64,000 nt of DNA. It comes from Promethearchaeota archaeon. Lineage in GTDB: Archaea > Asgardarchaeota > Lokiarchaeia > Sigyniarchaeales > SOKP01. The stretch spans positions 1 to 64,000 of the forward strand of contig JAEOSU010000080.1 in the NCBI GenBank assembly GCA_016840165.1, in the 5' to 3' direction. Below the pieces are notes generated by a model that was not told where the DNA came from, did not search any database, and was given only the letters and a program-made list of their open reading frames with translations. Positions 1 through 9,838 of the stretch are shown here, piece by piece. Every line of letters starts with the position of its first letter. Position 1 is the stretch's first letter. The position numbers and the translations under genes were made by a program.

Positions 1-426
1 GGCCCTGCTGTTGGACCTACAGGTATTAACATAAAAGATGTTGTCGATGAGGTCAATGCAAAAACAATGGTATTCAAAGGATTAACTGTTCCTGTGAGAA
101 TCGAGTGTGATCCTGAAACGAAGCAATTTGAAATTTACATTGAAACCCCAAGCACAGCATCACTTCTTCTTAAAGAATTGGGAGCAGAGAAAGGTAGTGC
201 CGCGAATTTGGAGGAAAAAATCGGAGATCTTACATTAGAACAGGTAATGAGTGTTGTAAAGGCAAAAAGAGAGAAATATATGGACCAAACGTTCAAAAAG
301 TCTATAAAATCAGTATTAGGGACCGCATTGTCTATTGGTGCGACCGTTGAGGGTTTAGATCCACGAGTTATCCAGAAGAAAGTTGAGGAAGGAGAATATG
401 ATGATAGAATTAAAGAGGAGGCGTAA
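1..426 (+). CDS. rpl11: 50S ribosomal protein uL11 (5'-truncated by window edge)
   Basis: Frame is open from base 1 (GPAVGPTGINIKDVV...NAKT...F.GLTVPV...TPSTASLL..ELG.EKGS); precedes uL1. Confidence 0.96.
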   Translation, partial: GPAVGPTGINIKDVVDEVNAKTMVFKGLTVPVRIECDPETKQFEIYIETPSTASLLLKELGAEKGSAANLEEKIGDLTLEQVMSVVKAKREKYMDQTFKKSIKSVLGTALSIGATVEGLDPRVIQKKVEEGEYDDRIKEEA

Positions 427-429
427 GTA

Positions 430-1158
430 TTGAAGGTTGATGACAAATTACTTAAAAGATCACTTAATGTCGCTATAGATCTTTCAATCATAAGAAAAGA
501 AGGACATAAAGAAAAAACCCGAAATTTTGATGAGAGCATCGATTTAATTATCAATATTAAAGATGTTAATCTAAATGATCCTAAGCAGAGAATTGATAAA
601 GAACTTATTCTACCGAATAAAATCATTACCTCAGATACGCCTAATGCATGTGTCGTGGCAAGTGATGAAATCCTACTTGAGGCAAAAAATATAGGTCTTG
701 ACACTCTTGGTAATGATGATTTAGTTAAGCTTAACAATGAAGAGAAAAAAGTGAAAAAAAAATTTGTAAAAAAATATGACTTTTTCATCGTAGAGGACAA
801 AATGATGCCTAATATTGCCCGTTATCTTGCAAGATTTCTTGGGCCATTGGGTAAAATGCCAAAACCATTTCCAAGTGGGTATGGAATTGTGTCAAATCCC
901 GATGACTTAAAAGTTGCCGTTGATAGATACCTTAAGACCATTCGGGTACAGCTTAAAAAGCAACCAATAATTCAAGTTAAAGTTGGAAAAAAATCTATGG
1001 CGCAAGAAAAAGTTTTTGAAAACGTTAAAGCTGTTGTAAATTATATTGCTGATCAGATGCCTCACAAATACAATAATCTAAAATCAATGTTTTTAAAGAC
1101 CACGATGGGAAAACCAGTAAAAATTGACGAGGAATTTTTGGAATCTATGGAGGTATAA
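430..1158 (+). CDS. rpl1: 50S ribosomal protein uL1
   Basis: RNFDESIDLIINIKD, FLGPLGKMPKP and KTTMGKPVKI motifs; TTG start; operon context. Confidence 0.96.
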   Translation: MKVDDKLLKRSLNVAIDLSIIRKEGHKEKTRNFDESIDLIINIKDVNLNDPKQRIDKELILPNKIITSDTPNACVVASDEILLEAKNIGLDTLGNDDLVKLNNEEKKVKKKFVKKYDFFIVEDKMMPNIARYLARFLGPLGKMPKPFPSGYGIVSNPDDLKVAVDRYLKTIRVQLKKQPIIQVKVGKKSMAQEKVFENVKAVVNYIADQMPHKYNNLKSMFLKTTMGKPVKIDEEFLESMEV

Positions 1159-1162
1159 AAAG

Positions 1163-2134
1163 ATGATAGGCAAGAAAGAAACTCAACATTGGAAATTAGA
1201 GGAAGTAGATCAATTAGTTGATCTATTTAAATCCTATGAAAATATCGCAGTTATCGAATTAGCACATTTAAATGATAGACAAATGCAAGAAATGAGAAAG
1301 ATCTTGAGAGGAAAAGCTATCATTCGCATGTCAAAAAAGAATTTACAATTACGGGCGATTGAAAAATACAAGGATATTACTAATGACGAAAATCTATTGG
1401 ATTTAGCGAACAAAATACCTGGACAAGCCGTTTTGTGTTTTACGAACATGGATATTTATGAATTGAAAAAGATTTTTAATGAGAATGAATGGATGGTTCC
1501 AGCGAAACCAAATGAGATAACACCAGTAGATATTTGGGTGCCTGCTGGAGACACGGGACTTCCAACGGGACAAGTTATCAGTGAATTAAACATGACACTT
1601 AAATTACCTACAAGACTTCAAAATGATACCATTTGGATTAGAGAAGATACTAGAACTCATAAAGCGGGTGATTTAGTCGATGTCAAAGAAGCGGCTGTGC
1701 TGAAAAAATTAGGTATTAAGCCTATCGAATCATTAGTAAAAATAAAGTATGCTTGGAGTGAAGGAGAACTTCTCAATGAAGACGTTATTTATATGGATAT
1801 AGAGAAATTCAAGCAAGATATCATTGCAGCATTTATTCCTGCTCAGAAATTGGCAATCGAAATGGGAATTATTGATAAAGAAACATCTAAACCATTATTA
1901 CAGAAAGCATATAGAGAAGGTTTAGCTCTATTATTTGAACTGCCCATGTTTATTGATGAAATGCAAGATGAATACGTTAAAAAAGCTATTAGAGAAGCGA
2001 ATACAATTAATTCCGTTATTTTTGGAGAGACTATAATAAGGAAACCACATGAACCAGAAGAAAAAGAGGAGAAAGACAAGGGAAAAGAAGAAGATAAGGA
2101 AGAAGAAGTTGGAATTGGAGGATTATTTGGATAA
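1163..2134 (+). CDS. rpl10: 50S ribosomal protein uL10 (P0)
   Basis: MQEMRKILRGKA.IRMSK, VPAGDTGLPTG, acidic tail ending GIGGLFG; ATG at 1163 preferred over the overlapping 1124 start. Confidence 0.96.
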   Translation: MIGKKETQHWKLEEVDQLVDLFKSYENIAVIELAHLNDRQMQEMRKILRGKAIIRMSKKNLQLRAIEKYKDITNDENLLDLANKIPGQAVLCFTNMDIYELKKIFNENEWMVPAKPNEITPVDIWVPAGDTGLPTGQVISELNMTLKLPTRLQNDTIWIREDTRTHKAGDLVDVKEAAVLKKLGIKPIESLVKIKYAWSEGELLNEDVIYMDIEKFKQDIIAAFIPAQKLAIEMGIIDKETSKPLLQKAYREGLALLFELPMFIDEMQDEYVKKAIREANTINSVIFGETIIRKPHEPEEKEEKDKGKEEDKEEEVGIGGLFG

Positions 2135-2204
2135 AGTAAACAGTTTTTTTATAAACAATATATAGATTAATTAAAAGTATACAAAATACAAAAAGGTAAA
2201 GAAA

Positions 2205-2507
2205 ATGGAAAGTATATATGCCGCACTCTTACTTCATAAAGCTTCGAAAGATATTACTGAGGCAAATATCGAAAAAATATTAAAAGCTGCAGGAGTTGAT
2301 GCCGATAAAGCTCAACTATCTAAATTAGTCGCTGGATTAAAAGAAACCAATATTGAAGATATTATTAGTTCAGCAGCAGCAGTAGCCCCAGTCATGGCAA
2401 CTCCGGTCGTATCTGAAAAGTCGGCGGGAGCCACTCCAAAAGAAGAGAAGAAGGAAGCTGAGGAGGAAGAAGAGGAGGAACCCACGGGTATTGGTTCACT
2501 TTTTTAA
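2205..2507 (+). CDS. rpl12: Ribosomal stalk protein P1 (archaeal L12)
   Basis: MESIYAALLLH...ITEANIEKILKAAG; Ala-rich hinge; acidic tail ending GIGSLF. Confidence 0.96.
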   Translation: MESIYAALLLHKASKDITEANIEKILKAAGVDADKAQLSKLVAGLKETNIEDIISSAAAVAPVMATPVVSEKSAGATPKEEKKEAEEEEEEEPTGIGSLF

Positions 2508-2734
2508 ACCTATACTCCCTAATTGATACAAAAAGAGTATCATATAATTTTTTTTTTATTATTCTTTTTTATAATTTGCTTTGATTTCTGCAGAAATAGT
2601 TTAATAAAGAGCAAAATCAAATCAAAAACTTTTTTTAAAATTCATATTTTATCTTTTTATTATATTAACCATTAATTTGGAATTAATAATAGAAATAAAT
2701 TTATTATTTAACTAAAAATTAGAATTGATGAAGC

Positions 2735-4195
2735 ATGGGCGGTAAATTCTTAAAGTTCTTCTCTCCATTCGTGCGGATAATGCCTGAAATTAAACAGCCG
2801 CAAAGAGAGGTTAGCTTTAAAGAAAAATTTATTTGGACAGCAGTAGTTTTAATAATCTATCTTATTCTTTCAAACATTCCCTTATATGGAGTTGATTTAC
2901 AGGATACTACAGATTATTACTATTGGTTACGCGTTATTTTAGCCAGTCAAAGAGGAACATTGACTGAGTTAGGAATTGGACCAATAGTAACTGCTGGGTT
3001 AATAATGCAGCTACTTTTAGGATCTAAAATCATCAATGTTAATATGGCAGATCCCTATGATAGAGCAATGTTTAGTGGTGCTCAGAAAGTCTTGTCCATG
3101 ATATTAACAATATTTAATGCCGTAGCATATCTTATTGGTGGAGCTTTTGGCGAACCTTCAGAATTGGGAATTGCGAATATTACATTTGTTTTTCTACAAT
3201 TACTCTTTGCAGGAGTAATTATTATCCTTTTGGACGAGTTATTACAGAAAGGATGGGGATTAGGTAGTGGAATTTCATTATTCATAGCAGCAGGAGTCGC
3301 TGGTCAAGTATTTTGGAATGTATTTAGTATTATTGAAGGTCCAGACGGAAGTCCTCGAGGTTTGCTTTTCGCCTTTATCCAAGCACTGGCTGATCCTACT
3401 GTTGAGGTCGGAGATTTATTCCTACGACAGCAAGCATTACCATCAATATTAGGAGGAATTACTACTATAGTTATTTTCGTTATTGTTATATGGTTTGAAT
3501 CTACTCGAGTAGAGATACCGCTAGCATATAGGGGCCATCGAGGCTTTAAAGGGAAATATCCTATGAAATTATTGTATGTTTCAAATATTCCAGTGATATT
3601 AGTCAATGCTTTATATGCGAACTTTTTATTTATTGGACAACTTATCGCAGGACCTAATTCAGGTTTGAGGAATCAAGGCTTTGATTGGATATTAAATTTG
3701 ATCGGTGAGTTTGATCCATCAACAGAAGGACCTGCTTTTGGTAATTATCTAATTCCAAAAAGTGGTTTGATTTACTTTTTATCCCCACCTCAAGGAATTG
3801 ATGCATTATTAAGCGATCCGCTTAGAGGAATCATATACTTAGCGATATTTATATTCTTGTGTGTAATGCTCGGCCGTGTATGGGTGGAAGTAAGTGGACT
3901 TGCACCAAGAGATATAGCTGGGCAAATTATTGATTCAGGAATGCAGATCCCGGGGTTTAGAAGCTCTGAACGGATTATTGAACGGATCTTAAAGAGATAT
4001 ATTCCAACGCTAGTCATACTTAATGGATTTATCATTGCTACTATGAGCTTTTTCGCTGATTCCTTAGGGGCATTGACTTCAGGTACGGGACTGTTAATAG
4101 CTATAGGCATTATTCATCAATATGGTGAAACAATTGCAAAAGAGGCAGCTGCAAGTCAGTATCCAGGAATGCGAGGCTTTCTTGGACTCGATTAA
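2735..4195 (+). CDS. secY: Preprotein translocase SecY/Sec61-alpha
   Basis: GTLTELGIGPIVTAG, KGWGLGSGISLFI, YPMKLLYVSNIPVIL, GMQIPGFR, LKRYIP, SGTGLLI motifs. Confidence 0.98.
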   Translation: MGGKFLKFFSPFVRIMPEIKQPQREVSFKEKFIWTAVVLIIYLILSNIPLYGVDLQDTTDYYYWLRVILASQRGTLTELGIGPIVTAGLIMQLLLGSKIINVNMADPYDRAMFSGAQKVLSMILTIFNAVAYLIGGAFGEPSELGIANITFVFLQLLFAGVIIILLDELLQKGWGLGSGISLFIAAGVAGQVFWNVFSIIEGPDGSPRGLLFAFIQALADPTVEVGDLFLRQQALPSILGGITTIVIFVIVIWFESTRVEIPLAYRGHRGFKGKYPMKLLYVSNIPVILVNALYANFLFIGQLIAGPNSGLRNQGFDWILNLIGEFDPSTEGPAFGNYLIPKSGLIYFLSPPQGIDALLSDPLRGIIYLAIFIFLCVMLGRVWVEVSGLAPRDIAGQIIDSGMQIPGFRSSERIIERILKRYIPTLVILNGFIIATMSFFADSLGALTSGTGLLIAIGIIHQYGETIAKEAAASQYPGMRGFLGLD

Positions 4196-4356
4196 TATGG
4201 ATATATTTGAAGTATATTTGTTCTTTAATTAAAACTTAGGAATCAAATTTGACCCAAAAAAACCAATAAGATATTATTATATGTTTTCTCCCATAAGATC
4301 TATTTATCCAATTATATAATAACTTTTAAAATGCTGAAGTATTATAGACAATTAAG

Positions 4357-5040
4357 ATGATCTTTCTATTAATTCAAGAATCGAATCCATTTGTCAATTG
4401 GATTAGCACTCCACCTGGGTCGATGTTTTTTATTTTGATAATAGCTATTATTACAGCCCTAATTAGTATTGGGTTAACCCGATGGCTCGTTGATACTGAA
4501 GCAATAAATCGTAAACAAGTACAAATGAAAGCACATAATGAAGAAAAGGAAAAGATCATAGAATCAGCTGAAATAGATGTGGAGCGCTATAGGAAAGCGC
4601 GAAAGAGATGGGAACGAAAGGAAGAGATGTTCAAAAAATCGCAACAAAAAATGTCACTCCAGAGATTAAAACCTACATGCATAACCTTTTTGCCGATGCT
4701 TGTGATATTTGGTTTCATAAGAGCCTTATACTATGTTGGTGATGTAGCCCTTCCTGTGGCATTATCTCCTATGAATGCTAATGATGTTCCTTTAATCGGC
4801 AACTTATTAGCAGCATGGACATCAGGACCTGTGGACTGGAGTTACTTCGTTTATAATACTATCCGAGCAATTAGCTTAGAGCAAGGTTGGATAAACTTTA
4901 CCGCTTGGTATTTTCTTTGTAGTTTTGGGATAAACACTCTTCTTCAGAGAACATTTAAGATGCAAACTCAAGCTACTGGTGGTATGGAACAGATGATGGG
5001 AGGATCTAAAGCGAAGGCATTAGATTTTCCTGATGTTTAA
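4357..5040 (+). CDS. EMC3/TMCO1 (DUF106, Oxa1-superfamily) membrane insertase
   Basis: TM-coiled coil-KP..ITFLP TM-WYFLCS signature; usual neighbour of secY. Confidence 0.88.
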   Translation: MIFLLIQESNPFVNWISTPPGSMFFILIIAIITALISIGLTRWLVDTEAINRKQVQMKAHNEEKEKIIESAEIDVERYRKARKRWERKEEMFKKSQQKMSLQRLKPTCITFLPMLVIFGFIRALYYVGDVALPVALSPMNANDVPLIGNLLAAWTSGPVDWSYFVYNTIRAISLEQGWINFTAWYFLCSFGINTLLQRTFKMQTQATGGMEQMMGGSKAKALDFPDV

Positions 5041-5084
5041 ATCTCAAAAATATTATTAAATCTGTTAAATTAAAAAAAGAAATT

Positions 5085-5465
5085 TTAAGAAGAGTGGGGA
5101 TGAGCAGTACCGCCACTACAGCTTGGTCCATTTAAAGGTTTTAATTTGCCTTCTAGTAATAACTTTATATTTTCATCGACAGTTTTACCCTGTATTCCGA
5201 GATGTAAACTAATTCCTACTTGATTAAATCCCATGAACGGTCTTCCACCGATTCCACCAATTATCATATCAGTTACCTCGCGATTTTTCATAATCATCAC
5301 AGGCTCCATACAACTTGAATGACCTTTATTTGGTAATGAAAATATTTTTTCATAGTTATGATCCTTAAATCTTATTCCTACAAAATAGCTTGCATGTCCA
5401 AAGTGTTCGGATATTTGATCTGATAATTCTGGACCATTCGAAGGAACACCAATTACTCTTGACAT
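5085..5465 (-). CDS. NifB/NifX-family (dinitrogenase FeMo-cofactor-like) protein
   Basis: ISEHFGHASYF and IIGGIGGRP motifs; His/Cys tail. Confidence 0.88.
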   Translation of the reverse strand: MSRVIGVPSNGPELSDQISEHFGHASYFVGIRFKDHNYEKIFSLPNKGHSSCMEPVMIMKNREVTDMIIGGIGGRPFMGFNQVGISLHLGIQGKTVDENIKLLLEGKLKPLNGPSCSGGTAHPHSS

Positions 5466-5570
5466 CTTTTCAGTAACACCTTTAATATTTAGGATTATAT
5501 TATGTAGACTTAAAGTTACAAAAATAAGGTATTTTTAATATTTTTAGTTTATATTATAAAACCGATTAAA

Positions 5571-5671
5571 CGCAGTTGAGGGGATTTGAACCCCTGAGTG
5601 CTTACGCACACTGGCTTTATGGGTAAATAACCACTCCAAGCCAGCGCCGTACCAGGCTAGGCAACAACTGC
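5571..5671 (-). tRNA. tRNA-Ser(GGA) with a 17-nt canonical 37/38 intron (5617-5633)
   Basis: Acceptor GCAGTTG/CAACTGC, discriminator G, anticodon arm CTGGC-TT-GGA-G|A-GCCAG, long variable arm, T arm AGGGG-TTCAAAT-CCCCT. Confidence 0.93.
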
Positions 5672-5715
5672 AAATATAAATAAAAATATTTTAAAAAAAT
5701 ATTGTGGGAAATTGA

Positions 5716-5988
5716 TTAATAAAGAGGTATCTTTATCGTTTCTTTGAATTTCTTTTCGAGTTTAGCTTTTTTTATTGCTTCCTCAACTTCTTTTTTCTTA
5801 GCACCTTTCTTAATCTCAATCATATCAGTCGTAGGCTCGATATGGTTATAATTTACCCTTCGTCGTTTCACTTTCAATCCGTCAATTAATAGATAATTCT
5901 TATCAATGATATCTACTATAACACAGTAATTTCCCGCTTCTCTTCCCATAGTTTTTACACATACTCTTCCTATATCATAAACACTCAT
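5716..5988 (-). CDS. rpl14e: 50S ribosomal protein eL14
   Basis: IGRVCVKTMGREAG..CVIVDIIDKN...VKRRRVN..HIEPT; ATG at 5988 is the likely start. Confidence 0.95.
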   Translation of the reverse strand: MSVYDIGRVCVKTMGREAGNYCVIVDIIDKNYLLIDGLKVKRRRVNYNHIEPTTDMIEIKKGAKKKEVEEAIKKAKLEKKFKETIKIPLY

Positions 5989-6116
5989 ATAATTCGTCAC
6001 CAAATTATTTTTATTGCTTGATTAATACTGGATCTTCCAATTGTCAGTAAAAATTAAGCATCCTAAGTTTGTAAGTAAGTTGAAGAATACGTATTAGAAT
6101 AAAATTTTTCCGATTT

Positions 6117-6668
6117 TTAATGAAAACTCTGCCCAAATTTCTCTTTAATTTCTGTGAGAATCTTGTCAACTACTTCGAGAATAGTTAGTTTCTCAGTGTC
6201 AATTATAAGATCAAAGATTTGGCTATTCTTTTTAGAATCTATTAGATTAATTTTATATAATTTCTTGAAGCGTTCCAATTCTGATTTTTCTCTTACAGTA
6301 GTCTCATTTAACTTCTCTTCAAAAGACGATTTATCCCTATCTACCATTCTTTTAATTCTAGCTTTAATGGGGCAGATGAGTAAAATTTTAAAATCTGCTA
6401 TATCCTTGAGGAGATGACCACTTAGTTGGCTATCAATAAGCATATTTCCTTGCTTAGCAACATCAATAATTTTTTTATCCAATTCTATATCAATCTCTGG
6501 ATGTGCTTCGACATAATCGGTGAATTGCTCCAGAGTCATATTCTTCATTTGTGCAAGATCTCTGAATGCTTGACCCGTGGAATAATATTTAATACCTAAT
6601 TTTTTAGAAAGATTTTTTCCAACAGTCGATTTCCCAGTTCCATGAAGTCCTGAAATCGTAATAATCAT
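6117..6668 (-). CDS. cmk: Cytidylate kinase (archaeal type)
   Basis: IITISGLHGTGKST P-loop, STGQAFR, PEID.ELD; lies between eL34 and eL14. Confidence 0.93.
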   Translation of the reverse strand: MIITISGLHGTGKSTVGKNLSKKLGIKYYSTGQAFRDLAQMKNMTLEQFTDYVEAHPEIDIELDKKIIDVAKQGNMLIDSQLSGHLLKDIADFKILLICPIKARIKRMVDRDKSSFEEKLNETTVREKSELERFKKLYKINLIDSKKNSQIFDLIIDTEKLTILEVVDKILTEIKEKFGQSFH

Positions 6669-6739
6669 TGAATTTTCACAGATTATTTTAATAATGGTAA
6701 GGAGATACGATTTTTATTTTGATATATGTCAATTAGTAT

Positions 6740-7009
6740 TTATCCTTGCCTTACTGATTCTTTTATTAAATTTTGTAAGCATGTTGAACAATATCTTCCA
6801 CTTGCAATCCTATTGGCTCTTCTTGCACTTCTATATGTTTTTTTCATTTTCGATGTTCTTAATCGAGGTATGGATTGAAGAGGTTTATTACAAATACTAC
6901 AATGAGCTCTTTTAGGTTTGGTTCTCCAATAGTGTATATTGTTTTGACTTCCTGGCAGCTTAACCTTTTTACGAGCTTGAGATTTTGATCTTAAAGCTGG
7001 TCTAGGCAA
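6740..7009 (-). CDS. rpl34e: 50S ribosomal protein eL34
   Basis: MPRPALRS...KLPG...CSIC.KPL...RRANR..SGRYCSTC. Confidence 0.95.
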   Translation of the reverse strand: MPRPALRSKSQARKKVKLPGSQNNIHYWRTKPKRAHCSICNKPLQSIPRLRTSKMKKTYRSARRANRIASGRYCSTCLQNLIKESVRQG

Positions 7010-7100
7010 TTATTTCACCATTATTTCAACTTAATTAAATGAGAATTATAATTTGATATTAATTAAAAGTTCAAAAACTTAATTAATTTTGTGTTTTCAG

Positions 7101-7733
7101 CTAAGTTTGAATATTTAATGTATTTTGAAACTCTTTAAAAAGAGTATAAAGATCCTCTTCCATTAAAGTCCTAAAATTTTTGTTATTTAAAAATCTGTTT
7201 TTATTTTTTAAAAGATATTCACGTATCTTATTTATTTTTATTTCTAATCTTTCTAATCCTGGAAATTTTCTAATATTCAATATTAATTCATCGAAAAATT
7301 TATTCAATAAGTTAATATCCTCAAAAGCTTCTAATTTAAATACATCCAATATTGTGATAAAAGATGCTGTTATTTTGGAGGTTATCCCAGGTAATTCTAA
7401 AACAGAAGATCTTGTTTTCTCGGAATATTTAGAACCATTTTGAGATGATATATCAGCAAAGTTAAGAGATGATACTTTATTAATGATATCTAGAGCTTGA
7501 TAATATTTTTTTGTAAGATTGGTTCGTTCTAATAAGTCAGAAAGGAGAAGATTTTGCTCTCTTAATTTGATATGAATTTTTAAGAGATCATTCATAATTT
7601 TTTTTAGTGACTTTTGAAAGTAACTTTCTTTAACATCTCCTTCTTGGTATCTTTCAGATAAATTAATAATAGTATGTGTTGTAGCATATAGTTCTGACTC
7701 AATTTCAGTATTTTGGGTTTTATCTTCTGGCAT
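7101..7733 (-). CDS. vps28: Vps28-like ESCRT-I subunit
   Basis: N-terminal SELYATTHTIINLSERY..GDV; C-terminal ITASFITILDVFKLE and R...EEDLYTLFKEF match the Vps28 pattern. Confidence 0.75.
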   Translation of the reverse strand: MPEDKTQNTEIESELYATTHTIINLSERYQEGDVKESYFQKSLKKIMNDLLKIHIKLREQNLLLSDLLERTNLTKKYYQALDIINKVSSLNFADISSQNGSKYSEKTRSSVLELPGITSKITASFITILDVFKLEAFEDINLLNKFFDELILNIRKFPGLERLEIKINKIREYLLKNKNRFLNNKNFRTLMEEDLYTLFKEFQNTLNIQT

Positions 7734-7780
7734 AATTCGATTACTGAAAATTATCTTTAAATAATTTGTTGGTTTTCTAA

Positions 7781-8689
7781 CTAAATGCTAAAGGTGGGTC
7801 TTAAAAAGTAAAAAAGAATTGCAATTATTATTCCAATAGTAAATGAAGACAGTAGAACTCGAGTAGTTGATGAATTAGATAACTCTCGTATTGCTATGGA
7901 TATCAATATCGGTACCCACACTGCGATTACTAATGCGTCTATCAAATGAAGCACCATCCAAGTTGGAGAGTTAAAAATTAAGTTGAAAATGTTTGGATCA
8001 AAAGGTCCAACTACATCAAGGAATACAGTAGGGAATCCAACTAACACAATAAAAATTTGAATTAAATTAGTTAATAGAAATGGAGCGAAAGCACAAAACA
8101 TCATTTTATATTTATATGCATGTTGTTGATGTAATGTTCCTCCTTTATAGATGCTAAATGGACTCATTTCTGCTTCATTAAATTGTTCCTTTTCATCCTC
8201 TACTCCTCCAAATCGACTTTCTAACCTTTCAGAAAAATCGACAGCGTAATTTGCTCCTTTTCCGAATAACCATATTAGTACAAATCCAAACAGAAAGTAA
8301 TAAACTAATCCAAACAAGAGGAAGGCAACGAATACACTCATACTATATAGAAAGGCTAGGGGAGAATTTATAGTAAAATGGCTAAAAAATGCTAAACCCA
8401 TTAAACCAAATAATAATGAATTAAAAATCAGAATATAATATCCCGGAGCTCTTTTTCTTCGATGGTTGATACTCCAAAACGCTTTATTCGGTTTATAAAA
8501 CAGCCAAAGTAGTTGCACATACCATTTATCGGGAGTTTGCCATTCTGCTTCTATCCTTTTAAATATCCAGAAATTCTCTATTCGTTCAAATCGTAATCGT
8601 TTACCACAGAACGCACACACATATGAGTCTTCTCGATTATCATTTCCACATCGAGGGCACCTATTTAGGGCTGTTGTTGCCATTGCCAT
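7781..8689 (-). CDS. Zn-ribbon + Yip1-domain membrane protein
   Basis: CPRCG...CAFCG ribbon; LFYKPNKAFWSI Yip1-like motif; about 5 TM segments. Confidence 0.65.
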   Translation of the reverse strand: MAMATTALNRCPRCGNDNREDSYVCAFCGKRLRFERIENFWIFKRIEAEWQTPDKWYVQLLWLFYKPNKAFWSINHRRKRAPGYYILIFNSLLFGLMGLAFFSHFTINSPLAFLYSMSVFVAFLLFGLVYYFLFGFVLIWLFGKGANYAVDFSERLESRFGGVEDEKEQFNEAEMSPFSIYKGGTLHQQHAYKYKMMFCAFAPFLLTNLIQIFIVLVGFPTVFLDVVGPFDPNIFNLIFNSPTWMVLHLIDALVIAVWVPILISIAIRELSNSSTTRVLLSSFTIGIIIAILFYFLRPTFSI

Positions 8690-8761
8690 TACGCACTTTT
8701 TAAATTTTTATATTAAACATATAATTGTAATTATTTATAAACTTCTACTAATACGATTTCT

Positions 8762-9832
8762 TCAATAAAATTCAATAAAAAAAGCATTTTCCTCTTTTCT
8801 GATTTTATATGCTCTCTTTGTAAATCTTTTTATTAATTCTAAGTTTGTTTTAGTATGATTAGTTAGTTCTAAAACTTTAATTGTAGATGGTTTTTCAATA
8901 TAGGTAATTAAAGGGATAAGTTGATCACTTAGATAATTATCAACGGGAACATCATTATCAATATATTCCAAAATGCTTCTAATCGCCATTTTTCCTAATC
9001 GTTCTGAAGAAAGTTTACGTTCTCCTAATATCGTGCCAGAAGATATATAAGCATCATTATATGATTTAGCCCATAAGCATAAACCTACCCCTGGACTTAA
9101 TGAATCAACCCATTTTTCTGTTAGAACCAAATCATATTCATTTTTCCCTTTCAATGATGATCTGATAGAACTTTTTATTCTTTGTGGGATATTACTTTTA
9201 TTTTGTTTCAATTGATTGGTTATGATAATTTCTCCATAGATTAATTCAATTTCACCTAAAGTAGTCAAATTTAGACTATCTAAATTTCTCTCTGGTGGTG
9301 TTATTGAACATTGTATCTGAGCACCACCTTTAGGATAAAATCCTTGCTTTAACGTATTTATTTCAATATTCAATCCTGACTTTTTAAATAGACGGTAGGT
9401 TACGTTTTCTAAATAATTAATACTTGGTGCCCATTTACCAAATGTTGCACCACCTTTAACTTTTAAAATGATTTTTTCATGAGATTTCAAACCAAGAGAA
9501 GCTATCTGGATAGGCTGGAGTAATAATCCTATACTTGCTGCTGTAGGTATATCGATTTTTATATCTTTTTTTATTACCTTGGTTTCAGGATGGAATAGTA
9601 GTTCAGTTGATCCTACATCACACTTACTTAATCTACTACCAGTCAATTCAGCAAGAAGTCTTAATCCCAGTAAATGTTGCATTCTTAAGCCAGGTTTAGG
9701 ACGATTAGCACGTATGTTTTTAATGCGAATTGGAGTGTTGTAGAGTATAGAATATGCTGCGCTTAATCTAAGGATTGCTCCTCCTCCTTCCCCGATTGCA
9801 CCATCGATTTCTATTTCATTTTTATTACTCAC
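8762..9832 (-). CDS. rtcA: RNA 3'-terminal phosphate cyclase
   Basis: IDGAIGEGGGAILR, IRANRPKPGLRMQHL, GFYPKGG, LSDQL, TNHTKTN. Confidence 0.95.
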   Translation of the reverse strand: MSNKNEIEIDGAIGEGGGAILRLSAAYSILYNTPIRIKNIRANRPKPGLRMQHLLGLRLLAELTGSRLSKCDVGSTELLFHPETKVIKKDIKIDIPTAASIGLLLQPIQIASLGLKSHEKIILKVKGGATFGKWAPSINYLENVTYRLFKKSGLNIEINTLKQGFYPKGGAQIQCSITPPERNLDSLNLTTLGEIELIYGEIIITNQLKQNKSNIPQRIKSSIRSSLKGKNEYDLVLTEKWVDSLSPGVGLCLWAKSYNDAYISSGTILGERKLSSERLGKMAIRSILEYIDNDVPVDNYLSDQLIPLITYIEKPSTIKVLELTNHTKTNLELIKRFTKRAYKIRKEENAFFIEFY

Positions 9833-9838
9833 AGAAAT

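Noticed and set aside
135-800. 221-aa minus-strand ORF and the other antisense/shadow ORFs in the track (e.g. 3304-3606, 6694-6915, 35835-36044, 59309-59680, 61795-62217)
   Set aside because: They lie opposite or inside clearly identified genes, have Ser/Phe/Ile-rich antisense composition and show no recognisable motifs
4196-4356. adk remnant between secY and DUF106
   Set aside because: No P-loop-like or otherwise coding trace in 161 nt
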